NCBI GenBank assembly: GCA_964016885.1
Contig: OZ024743.1
Coordinates: 38,812,001-38,876,000, forward strand
DNA: 64,000 nt
Source: Eledone cirrhosa
Taxonomy: Eukaryota
Reading direction: 5' to 3'
In this document: in pieces, positions 1 through 11,600 of the stretch
Position numbering within the stretch: the first letter of the stretch is position 1
Layout: the number at the start of each line of letters is the position of its first letter
The notes under the pieces: generated by a model
Told to the model about the DNA's origin: nothing
Databases searched by the model: none
What the model saw: only the letters and a program-made list of their open reading frames with translations
Translations under genes and position numbers: made by a program

Positions 1-1007
1 AGAAATGTTGTTTTCGAAGGACCAACTCCTAAACAAGAAAGACGAACTGGTAACGGCATGCAAACGCAGATTGCGTAGGACTTAACTCGCCCTCAAACCC
101 CATAACGACCTGGGTGGGTAGACAAGGGATGATGCCCCTCCCCCCACACAAACACTTGCCGAATAAGTTAGGGGATTCCAGCTTACATAGGTAGATGTAT
201 CTCTTTTTTTTTCTTTTCCTCATTGCCTTCTTCCCCCTGTCTCATCCTATCACTTACTTTCACCCCCTATTTTCTTCCTCGTCTGCTTTTCCCCTTTCGC
301 CTACCCCGATGCAGCCCATAGGGCCTCTGTAGCATCTGTACCCCCACCCATGTAGTTTTAAGATAGATTTGGCCGAATACGTTTTACTAACTACTTATAG
401 CAGACGTGTTAAACCCCTTTTATTTTTGTATCAGTTTGGGTACTACTCAATTTCTACAAGTGTTTTCTATTCTCAACTTATTAACCTGTAATTGTAAGAT
501 AGCATTTTAATTTTTTTTTATTCATTTCTCACTATCTAATTTTATATATTATTTTTATTTCTTTATATTAATTTTTATTGTCTCCTACTCTTATCTGATT
601 TACTATTCTATAACCTCCCTCCTCCACTTCATACACTATCCTTAGAATCTGCTGTATATATATCACTTTCAACGCTTGGCCGCTCCTCTCACTCCTCTAT
701 TGTTCTACAGGCAAATTCAGCCACCCCTACCTCCCACCAAATGCCATGATAGACTTATTTGTGTTTACAACACATTTTAACCAATCCTCTTGACTTCAAT
801 CTTCAATCTTCCCATATAAGGAAGTACCCCCTTGACAAGTTCGGCTATTTATTCACCAGACTAACAATTCTAATTTAGTCCAGAAATAGCTGTCGAAACG
901 GCTTGAGCTCTGCCGTCGGGGTCATACTTTTTCCTATTCCCACGCTACTAAGTATTAAGTACTCTGGTGTGTTATGGTCCATCCGGTTCCTTACCACATT
1001 TCCTTTG

Positions 1008-1008
<1 letters not shown>
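1..1008 (+). mobile_element. 3' end of a Penelope-like retroelement (ORF C-terminus, 3' region with hammerhead, ends in (TA)n)
   Basis: 2..85 translates EMLFSKDQLLNKKDELVTACKRRLRRT*, resembling the LLNKRxELxxxCRH tail after PLE GIY-YIG domains. HHR motif at 826-922. The terminus ...ccttaccacatttcctttgtta runs into (TA)n and recurs at 15218 and 55756. Confidence 0.7.
826..922 (+). ncRNA. Type I hammerhead ribozyme motif, U3-A8 core variant
   Basis: acccc-c-TTGACAA, long stem II (ggctattt...aaatagct with inner gactaa/ttagtc), GAAA, stem III cggc-ttgagctct-gccg, TC, ggggt. Confidence 0.65.
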
Positions 1009-1068
<60 letters not shown>

Positions 1069-1782
1069 ATTGATCGCTTTGGAAACCTCGACAATTTAGA
1101 TGGGTAAATCTCCGGGTAACAGAATCAGGTGGTGATGAGAGGGAGAGAGAGAAATGTAAGAGATGTAGAATGAGACGTAGAGGATGTAGAAGAACGTAGC
1201 AAAGAGTGTAAAATAATAACACGAGATAGAGTTAATTTGGAATTGATTTAATTGTCCCTATATTTCGGATTTCGTATCCACAAACGGAGGTTTTCCGAGG
1301 GGAAACGATTTTAGTCGGAGAGTGACAACACGTGGCCTCTGTTGCTTATCGTGTACGTATAACTGAACTAATATATTATATGTATATATAAAGTGATATG
1401 ACAGGAGACCAAATATGTTGGTAAACATAAACACATTGTTTCTTCTCTGTATTTTCTGGGCTTGTTTCCTGAATGTTTAGCATCATTTTGTTGGTATACA
1501 TCTATTACGCAATTTACAGCTAAATATGTCACCGGGATCTTACCCAACATGGTTACTGAAATGTGCATATTGTTTGCAGAAATGAATAACTAAGGAAATT
1601 CAACATATTTGGCCTCCTGTCATTTCACTTTATAATACATTTACTCCCTTCCCGCATCACCAGTATGATTCAACAATAAATTTGGATGTGTTTCACAATG
1701 TCCAGTGCTTTGATCATATTACGCCATTATTAACATTGCAGAATGACTAACTATACCCAGTGGTAAACCACCAAATTTAAGC

Positions 1783-1841
<59 letters not shown>

Positions 1842-1845
<4 letters not shown>

Positions 1846-3292
1846 GGTTTGAATATAGAGCTTGTCTATTCCGTATGGTAAATCGTAATGTAATAATACA
1901 GAGAGTACTCAACGTAAAGCAGTCCAACCGTCTTTGTTTTTGTAGTTGGTGGTGCTATTACGGAGTTAAATATTATAATTAAATGACAGGAGGCTGGATT
2001 TGTGTAAATCCTTGAAAGGTTTATTATACTATGATCATTTCAATGACCGGGTTCCGTATGAATCCGGTGATACCATCAGGTATTCGAAATATAATACGTG
2101 AATGTAATAGATAAAATCCATGGGGCTGAAAATCGAGGACCCGAGGACGACCGCTATTCTGCTCCTTCAACCTCAGCCGGTGGCCCTCGAGTGACGTGGC
2201 TAAAGTTGACAGTGTGCTACTACCGGTCAGATAAACGAATACAGAAAGGGATGGGAACATAAGTTAGCGTCAACTCATGCCACAATATAAAAGAAAGAAA
2301 GAAAGGAGTGAGAAGAAGGGGGAAGGAAGAAGAAGACAAGCCAGGGGTAATGTCAGCTATAAGAAGAAAGACAACTACTACCGGTCATATATAGGCAAAC
2401 AAAAGGGGGAAGGAAGATAAGTCTGCAAGAGGAAGACAGGAGGAGGTGAGAAGAGAAGGAAGAGAAGGGAGAGTTAGAAAAGTAAGGGTTGATGGCTACA
2501 AGAAGGAATATAGAAAGTAGAGGGAGAAAGGTCGATATTAATGTCAGACCACAGTCAGGCCGGGAGTGGCTCGAGAAAATTTTCACAGGGACCCGCATCT
2601 TAGCAGAGGTGAATATATTGGGGTCAGTGTGTTACAATGTTTAGACTTATAGGATGAAGTTAAAAAATTAATAATCAATATTCAATATCAAAGAGGTTAG
2701 AAAATTTAAGGTTAAACAGTTTAACATTTTCAGGTTGATATATCTAATGGTTCCGATTTGATCTGTAATTTAAAGGTACTATGTGGCGGTTAAAACACCG
2801 GCCGCGCTCCGGGCCCCAGGGCGAATTAGGCTACGCCGTGTATTTTCATTTACCGAAAGAAGGGGATATTTATTTTTCCAAGCACTCCAGGGAAGCCGGT
2901 GCGCCAGGGGGCTGGTCGCGCCGCCATTAAAACCCACCCAGCAGTCCGACAGAAAGTTGGAACCTTAAAATATTGCTTAACTTTATAGGATAAAGTTGAA
3001 AGAATTCATAATGACATTATAAAATTAAAGAGTAAGAAGATTGAGAATTGAACAAACAGAAAATTGAAAATTATAATGTGTGAGCGGAATATTGGAACGT
3101 TACGTTATTGTTTAGACATATAGGATGAAGTTAAACATTTTCAGCCCCATGGATTTTATCTATTACATTCACGTATTATATTTCGAATACCTGATAATAT
3201 CACCGGATTCATACGGAACCCGGTCATTGAAATGATCATAGTATAATAAATCTTTCAAGGATTTACACAAATCCAGCCTCCTGTCATTTCAT

Positions 3293-3296
<4 letters not shown>
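1842..3296. mobile_element. PLE-derived inverted-repeat insertion between (TA)n tracts
   Basis: ~1975-2132 is the reverse complement of ~3137-3296. Each arm has an HHR-like motif (2026-2083 minus; 3187-3244 plus: atac CTGATAA...accgg/ccggt...GAAA tgatca TA gtat). Confidence 0.7.
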
Positions 3297-3322
<26 letters not shown>

Positions 3323-3324
<2 letters not shown>

Positions 3325-3646
3325 AGGAGGTGAGTTTTATTGTAGTACAATAAATCAATGCAAATATGGGATACGTAGCTCTCTACAGTGTGTAGGAGTG
3401 GAGTATAAATAATATAAGATCAAAAGATGGTTAAGAGTTCCAAGTATTTTATTGAATGAACATATGTTTTAAGTCAACATATATGTTGATTTAAAACTTC
3501 ACTATTCACAAGTGTTTTTAACCTTCATATCATGAATCCCTATTTTATCTGATGAAAATGCAGATACCATCTCATGATGATATTTGTTTTTAAAATGCGC
3601 ATAATAAAATACTTGGAACTCTTTTAACCATCTTTTGATCTTATAT

Positions 3647-3652
<6 letters not shown>
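3323..3652. mobile_element. Short inverted PLE remnant, same family as 48782-51388
   Basis: Same left end (gtaggaggtgagttttattgtagtac) and right end (accatcttttgatcttatattata) as the 48.8-51.4 kb element. Degenerate HHR at 3541-3611. Confidence 0.75.
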
Positions 3653-3705
<53 letters not shown>

Positions 3706-4822
3706 TATTTATTAAAATAACAAATTAAAGTTTAAGCAAAGAATCGCTGCTTTCACCCTTAACGGGATCTTCTGAAACTAACAAAGTCAATCTGTAAACG
3801 CAGAACTGGGTATTTCAAAAAACGTTGCAGCCGGAGGAAGACAGGAAGACGATACTTTGGTTCGTGGTAACGTTCGCTGGCAAAGAACGGGAAAAAACGA
3901 ATAATACGTCATTAATAGGAGCGGTGAAAAACAATTACGCGCAAAGACAAAACCACGTTTATGGTATAAAAGAGGTCGTAGACTAATGTTCTCTTAGGTG
4001 GTGCATATAGACGTTCTCTGGCAATGAACGAAAAAACGAAGATAATAAGTCATATGTGGAGCGTGGAGAACAAAAGCACGCAAAGACAAAACCACGTAAA
4101 TGGTATAGCAGAAGTCGTAGACTAAAATTCTAACTAGCAGACCAAATGAATCTCCGCTACAGAGTTAAGAACAAAGTAAATAAATACGATAAGGTTTTGC
4201 GTATGCTTGTGTATGTACGTATCTGTTTGCGTGTATGTATTTATTTACTTCTGTATCGTATTTATTTACTTTGTTCTTAACTCTGTAGCGGAGATTCATT
4301 TGGCCTCCTAGTTAGAATTTTAGTCTACGACTTCTGCTATACCATTTACGTGGTTTTGTCTTTGCGTGCTTTTGTTCTCCACGCTCCACATATGACATAT
4401 TATCTTCGTTTTTTCGTTCATTGCCAGAGAACGTCTATATGCACCACCTAAGAGAACATTAGTCTACGACCTCTTTTATACCATAAACGTGGTTTTGTCT
4501 TTGCGCGTAATTGTTTTTCACCGCTCCTATTAATGACGTATTATTCGTTTTTTCCCGTTCTTTGCCAGCGAACGTTACCACGAACCAAAGTATCGTCTTC
4601 CTGTCTTCCTCCGGCTGCAACGTTTTTTGAAATATCCAGTTCTGCGTTTACAGATTGACTTTGTTAGTTTCAGAAGATCCCGTTATGGGTGAAAGCAGCG
4701 ATTCTTTGCTTAAACTTTAATTTGCTATTTTAATAAATATTTGCCCTACGGTTCTTATATATTTGATATATATTTTCCTTATCGAGCCCTCTTTGGATTT
4801 TAGTCTTCAATTTTATTATTAT

Positions 4823-4826
<4 letters not shown>
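3706..4826. mobile_element. ~480-bp near-perfect inverted repeat (PLE 3' region) flanked by (TA)n
   Basis: 3706-4190 is the reverse complement of 4255-4740, with a tail to 4826. HHR-like gttt CAGAAGA tccc/gggt GAAA gca..tgc TT aaac at 4667-4715. Same family at ~39190-40316. Confidence 0.8.
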
Positions 4827-4880
<54 letters not shown>

Positions 4881-6357
4881 GATAATAATAGGCTGCCCGT
4901 TGCAAATGGTGGGGCATATGAAAAAGTAAGTCCTTCATCAGTGACCCTCCAACCGTCCCAGGCATTTCATCGCTTTAAGGGCCATATGCCTCAGGTTGGT
5001 GCGAACAACGGCTAAAAAAAGTCGTTGGGACACGTAAACAAAGGGGACGCCAGGGTAACAAACAAAAAGGTTTAAGCAACGGAAAGTGAGAAGAAATAGA
5101 GAAGTCCCAGATCTCTATGAATATAAACTCGGTGAAATCGTGAACAAGAGACAAAAGACCATCAAACCTGGTTGAAATATGAGCAAGGAAAGAATTTCGC
5201 ACAAGTCTGACGGGGGGGGGGGAGAAGAAGAAGAAGAAGAAGAAGAAGAAGAAGAAGAAGAAGAAGAAGAAGAAGAAGAAGAAGAAGAAGAAGAAGAAGA
5301 TAAAGGGGTCTGGTCTACGAATTCGGTAAACATAAGTTTTGTGAAGTCGCAAACGAAAGAGAGAGAGAGAAAAAAATTTCCTTACCAGCTTGGTCAAGAC
5401 CGCGCGAGAAAAGAATTACACACAGGTCAAACTTGAAGGAGGAGGAGGAAAGAGGAGGAGGAGAGGTAGTGACAGAGAATGAGTGAGTGAGAGTTGAGGA
5501 GGAGGCTAACAGAGAGAGAGACTGCTAGAAAGGGTAAAAACGAACAGACGTGTGGCAGCAGAAGAAAAATTATGTGTAAATATGATAATAATAGGCTGCC
5601 CGTTGCAAATGGTGGGGCATATGAAAAAGTAAGTCCTTCATCAGTGACCCTCCAACCGTCCCAGGCATTTCATCGCTTTAAGGGCCATATGCCTCAGGTT
5701 GGTGCGAACAACGGCTAAAAAAAGTCGTTGGGACACGTAAACAAAGAGGACGCCAGGGTAACAAACAAAAAGGTTTAAGCAACGGAAAGTGAGAAGAAAT
5801 AGACAAGTCCCAGATCTCTATAAATATAAACTCGGTGAAATCGTGAACAAGAGACAAAAGACCATCAAACCTGGTTGAAATCTGAGCAAGGAAAGAATTT
5901 CGCACAAGTCTGACGGGGGGGGGGGGGGGGGAGAAGAAGAAGAAGAAGAAGAAGAAGAAGAAGAAGAAGAAGAAGAAGATAAAGGGGTTTGGTCTACGAA
6001 TTCGGTAAACATAAGTTTTGTGAAGTCGCAGACGAAAGAGAGAGAGAGAAAAAAATTTCCTTACCAGCTTGGGCAAGACCGCGCGAGAAAAGAATTACAC
6101 ACAGGTCAAACTTGAAGGAGGAGGAGGAGAGGTAGTGACAGAGAATGAGTGAGTGAAAGTTGAGGAGGAGGCTAACATAGAGAGAGACTGCTAGAAAGGG
6201 TAAAAACGAACAGACGAGTGGCAGCAGAAGAAAAATTATGTGTAAATATGATAATAATAGGCTGCCCGTTGCAAATGGTGGGGCATATGAAAAAGTAAGT
6301 CCTTCATCAGTGACCCTCCAACCGTCCCAGGCATTTCATCGCTTTACGGGCCATATG

Positions 6358-6360
<3 letters not shown>
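4881..6360 (-). repeat. Tandem ~700-bp non-coding unit (2 copies plus a 110-bp partial) between (TA)n tracts; probable non-autonomous PLE
   Basis: gataataataggctgcccgttgc starts at 4881, 5584 and ~6250. Units contain poly-G plus (GAA)n of variable length. Confidence 0.75.
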
Positions 6361-6424
<64 letters not shown>

Positions 6425-6559
6425 TTAGAGTACTGCGTTTTGTAGTCTGAAGAGCTCAGGCTATCTTAACTGAAATATGTATAACAGAGTTTTAAATAAA
6501 CCTGAGTCAAGTGAATATGGCTTCTGATATTATTAATATGTATATATATATATCTATAT

Positions 6560-8230
6560 AGTTGTTATAAAGTAAGGTGTATTTATTCATAGTGTCATAC
6601 GGCCCAATACATTTTTGTTAGCACTATTGAGTTCTCCACGCTTTTATATATCTCCAATTCCATTTATGGGAACAGGTACATGATGTAAAACGGAGTATTT
6701 GTATCAAAATAAAGATCCGAAGCCCTGGTATCAATTTCCGATCATTTTAATCACGACGCATGTTTCAATAAGAGATAGATCGATCGTGTAGCCATGATCG
6801 ATTATTACTGAACTCGTCAACTGAAAATGAATTATCTTCAAATCCTTGATATGAGGGAGAAAATTAACGATGTTCACTCACAGAGTTTATTCCCTCAATA
6901 AACCATGATGTTTTAAAGCAAGGACAATTTGGTTTGTGAGATTATTGATGTAAAAGAGTGCGTCGAACAGATATTGTTATATTTTCGGCGGCCATGGTGC
7001 TTGTGTGTCCTTGTGTGACTTTGTTTCTTGTGTTCATTTGTAGCTTAGATATATCCTTTTTCTCCTCATTGTGAATACTCTTCACCCTCAGTCGCCAGTT
7101 TCTGAGGTGGGTGTGTTAATATTCCATTGGTTTTTGTTGTTGTTGTTGTTGAGGCACAATCTAGACTCTATTATGTGTATCATTTCCTTTGTCTGAGTGT
7201 TGTGCCAGTTCTATTTGTTAATATGATCGTTAATTCTGTATGATATATTTAGCGCCCAAATTCTAGTTTAGCATGTTGGAATAGCACAAACAAGATTATC
7301 TACACCTTAACTTCTCTCCAGTCTCATTTCATCATCTCTCGTATGCTACGACCTATCATCTGTATATGTTGCTGTCTGCATCGTTCCTTTGTACACATTA
7401 TCATATAGACTAAATTCCCAGTTTTGCACTTTACCTGCGGTCATATTTTAGACATTATACAGTTTCTATCAGTACTGGGGTTCTTTAAATGGTATCTTCT
7501 AGTATTCAGGGGTTGTGTGGAAAGCCTTGGCTTGGCTACCACTTTCAATGTTAGATTCAATTTATCTACGGGGATCAAACATCAAGACGATCTTTCGCAT
7601 CAAGAAGTAATTTGAACGAACATGACATTTTGGTATTTTGTTGCGCATGTTATGGGTTGCCCTCCCTATCTTCCTACTAGTTCTTTCTTTACTATTCCAT
7701 GAATTTCACATGTATAACGGGCAACTCCCATTTTCGTCATTCTCTATGAAGGCTTTGAATTCTGACATAACGCCTTTTTACACCTTGATCCCGTCCTTTT
7801 GGTTATATCCAAAAACCTGCATGGCATGGATGAATTGGAACGTGTCTTACTAATTGTTGGATAGGCCATTCTTCATTACACCCACTAGCTTCGATGTCAC
7901 GTTATGGAAAGTTTTACTATCTGAGATTGCTTAGTTTGTTTGGCGTAATGCAAATGGAGGATATTGGTTTTGTCCTTCTTAATACCAAGCCAAATTTGTG
8001 TGTCTAACACAGGGAGTCTGTGTTTGGGTTCCTTATTATTGTAGTCTATAGTTACTATACTACTCTGTTCGATGGAGTTAAGTATTTGCTGGTTACTCTC
8101 CACGGTGTTAGCTTCTATTTCTGGTCCATGGGTACGCTTTCGTGGGGGAGCTTTTAACTGTAACTTAATATCGTCTGCATAGAATGAGTACGTGGCTAGG
8201 GGTAGATGTATGTTTGGATATTGAATTTTA
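6560..8230 (-). pseudogene. Decayed PLE reverse transcriptase + GIY-YIG endonuclease with 3' UTR
   Basis: Minus strand reads SFYADDIKL (~8161-8187), then LPVLDTQIW...ILHLHYAK (ORF 7897-8103), FIHAMQVFGYNQK, VMFVQIT and CKTGNLVYMIMC..C (degenerate GIY-YIG), with many stops and frameshifts. HHR-like motif at 6751-6823. Confidence 0.7.
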
Positions 8231-8306
8231 ACATATGGTCTTTTAGGGTATTTTTATTACTTTCTTCCACCGCATTTGCAGTCTTTGCTCTTCTTTTTAT
8301 TATATA

Positions 8307-8493
8307 TTGGATTGGCAGTATCCGTAGAGGGTTGGACGCCATGCTTTGACGCATAGAGGTACGGCCCTTGCCATTCTGAGTTCAAATCCGGCCGAGGTAA
8401 CTTTGCCTTTCATCCTTACGGGGTCGATAGAATAAAGTACCAGTAATGTACTGGGTAATTGCTGGCCTTGTGCCAAATGTAGAAACAATTATT
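8307..8493 (+). mobile_element. tRNA-derived SINE (family A)
   Basis: A-box-like tggcagtatccgtag, B-box gagttcaaatcc, conserved body gcctttcatccttacggggtcgatagaataaagtaccag, tail gtagaaacaattatta. About 11 copies in the window. Confidence 0.85.
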
Positions 8494-8618
8494 ATATTTA
8501 ATTTATTCTATGTCTACTTTGTAACTTATTTTTATCTCACTTTTTAAATGTTTAATTTATGTATTTTTATTTTGTTTAATGTTATCTTTAATGCTTTAGT
8601 TTATATTATTTTATCTTA

Positions 8619-11600
8619 TCTATATATATAAAACTGTGGTTGTCTGTCTGTCTATCGATTTTTGGCACACATCTCCTCTTAGAATCTCTCACGGAATTGC
8701 ACCGAAATTGCTATACTTGTACATTGAGCCCTAGCGAAGACATCGGAAAAAAAAATGTCAAATTGACCCACCCTAAGTGACGAAATCGAATATAATGTAT
8801 CGATTTTTGAGCGTAAGTTATCAGTTATTTCCCTTTGTTCTCTTTACATTGAGCGTCTTACGTAAAAAATTACGGTGGCTTTCTCAGCGTTTAAAATGAC
8901 ATTAACACAATACACGTTCGAACACTAAGCTTCCGTTTTGCTTCATTTCCATTTAAAAGCATTTTAAAACAATATTTTTACTTGAAAACAAGTCTATTTA
9001 AAGACTACGTAAAACAAGCAAATATTTCGTCGTTAGGCGTGCAGACAGACAGTCGTGCAGACAGACAGTCGTGCAGACAGACAGTCGTGCAGAGAGGTGA
9101 TATACGCGTGCAGACAGATAGTCGTGCAGAGAGGTGATATAGGCGTGCAGACAGACAGTCGTGCAGAGAGGTGATATAGGCGTGCAGACTGACAGTCGTG
9201 CAGAGAGGTGATATAGGCGTGCAGACAGACAGTCGTGCAGAGAGGTGATATAGGCGTGCAAACAGATAGTCGTGCAGAGAGGTGATATAGGCGTGCAGAC
9301 AGACATAACTGATAATTTGGTTACGCTAATGTTTTTCTCTGCGTTGCAGTGTTTACATTTTCGATCTTTGTTAATAAATAACCAGTGCAGTTTCTATCCC
9401 CAGCATCCTCTTTTGTTATAACATTCGGGTTATCGTTATGTTTTCTTAACTTCATAAGGCATATTGTTGGTTGAGGGAATATTAATCAAAAACACCACAT
9501 GCAAGTCTGCACAGTAGACACTACAGTTTTTAAGCCAAGAAAGAAACTTAACATTGTAACTTTAACACAGCTACTGAGCGACCCCGAGCAACGCCTGGCT
9601 TTACTGCTAGTCTATATATATAAAACTGAGGTTGTCTGTCTGTCTATCGATTTTTCGCACACATCTCCTCTTAGAATCTCTCACGGAATTGCACTGAAAT
9701 TGCTATACTTGTACATTGAGCCCTAGCGAAGACATCGGAAAAAAATATTTCAAATTGACCCGCCCTATCTGACGAAATCGAATATAATGTATCGATTTTT
9801 GAGCGTAAGTGATCAGTTATTTCCCTTTGTTCTGTTTACATTGAGCGTCTTACGTAAAAAATTACGGTGGCCTTCTCAGCGTTTAAAATGACATTAACAC
9901 AATACACGTTCGAACACTAAGCTTCCGTTTTGCTTCATTTCCATTTAAAAGCATTTTAAAACAATATTTTTACTTGAAAACAAGTCTATTTAAAGACTAC
10001 GTAAAACAAGCAAATATTTCGTCGTTAGGCGTGCAGACAGACAGTCGTGCAGAGAGGTGATATACGCGTGCAGACAGATAGTCGTGCAGAGAGGTGATAT
10101 AGGCGTGCAGACAGACAGTCGTGCAGAGAGGTGATATAGGCGTGCAGACTGATAGTCGTGCAGAGAGGTGATATAGGCGTGCAGACAGACAGTCGTGCAG
10201 AGAGGTGATATAGGCGTGCAAACAGACAGTCGTGCAGAGAGGTGATATAGGCGTGCAGACAGACATAACTGATAATTTGGTTACGCTAATGTTTTTCTCT
10301 GCGTTGCAGTGTTTACATTTTCGATCTTTGTTAATAAATAACCAGTGCAGTTTCTATCCCCAGCATCCTCTTTTGTTATAACATTCGGGTTATCGTTATG
10401 TTTTCTTAACTTCATAAGGCATATTGTTGGTTGAGGGAATATTAATCAAAAACACCACATGCAAGTCTGCACAGTAGACACTACAGTTTTTAAGCCAAGA
10501 AAGAAACTTAACATTGTAACTTTAACACAGCTACTGAGCGACCCCGAGCAACGCCGGGCTTTACTGCTAGTCTATATATATAAAACTGAGGTTGTCTGTC
10601 TGTCTATCGATTTTTCGCACACATCTCCTCTTAGAATCTCTCACGGAATTGCACTGAAATTGCTATACTTGTACATTGAGCCCTAGCGAAGACATCGGAA
10701 AAAAATATTTCAAATTGACCCGCCCTATCTGACGAAATCGAATATAATGTATCGATTTTTGAGCGTAAGTGATCAGTTATTTCCCTTTGTTCTGTTTACA
10801 TTGAGCGTCTTACGTTTTACGCTGGCTTTCTCAGCGTTTAAAATGACATTAACACAATACACGAACAGTTGTCGAGCCAGCAAAATTTTGACCTGCAAAA
10901 TTCATCAGTTCGAACACTAAGCTTCCGTTTTGCTTCATTTCCATTTAAAAACCTTTTAAAACAATATTTTTACTTGAAAACAAGTCTATTTAAAGACTAC
11001 GTAAAACAAGCAAATATTTCGTAAAAAAAAGCAAAAATTATATAAGTTTATTTAAAATATATGTATCTGTAAATTTCGTTAGGCGTGCAGACAGACAGTC
11101 GTTCAGAGAGGTGATATAGGCGTGCAGACAGATAGTCGTGCAGAGAGGTGATATAGGCGTGCAGACAGATAGTCGTGCAGAGAGGTGATATAGGCGTGCA
11201 GACAGATAGTCGTGCAGAGAGGTGATATAGGCGTGCAGACAGACATAACTGATAATTTGGTTACGCTAATGTTTTTCTCTGCGTTGCAGTGTTTACATTT
11301 TCGATCTTTGTTAATAAATAACCAGTGCAGTTTTTATCCCCAGCATCCTCTTTTGTTATAACATTCGGGTTATCGTTATGTTTTCTTAACTTCATAAGGC
11401 ATATTGTTGGTTGAGGGAATATTAATCAAAAACACCACATGCAAGTCTGCACAGTAGACACTACAGTTTTTAAGCCAAGAAAGAAACTTAACATTGTAAC
11501 TTTAACACAGCTACTGAGCGACCCCGAGCAACGCCGGGCTTTACTGCTAGTCTATATATATAAAACTGAGGTTGTCTGTCTGTCTATCGATTTTTCGCAC

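Noticed and set aside
4975-6076. Poly-F, poly-S and poly-E ORFs
   Set aside because: They are translations of (GAA)n tracts in a non-coding tandem repeat.
8307-8400. tRNA genes at SINE heads (also 18479 and 43815)
   Set aside because: A and B boxes are present, but there is no intact cloverleaf and the sequence continues into SINE bodies.
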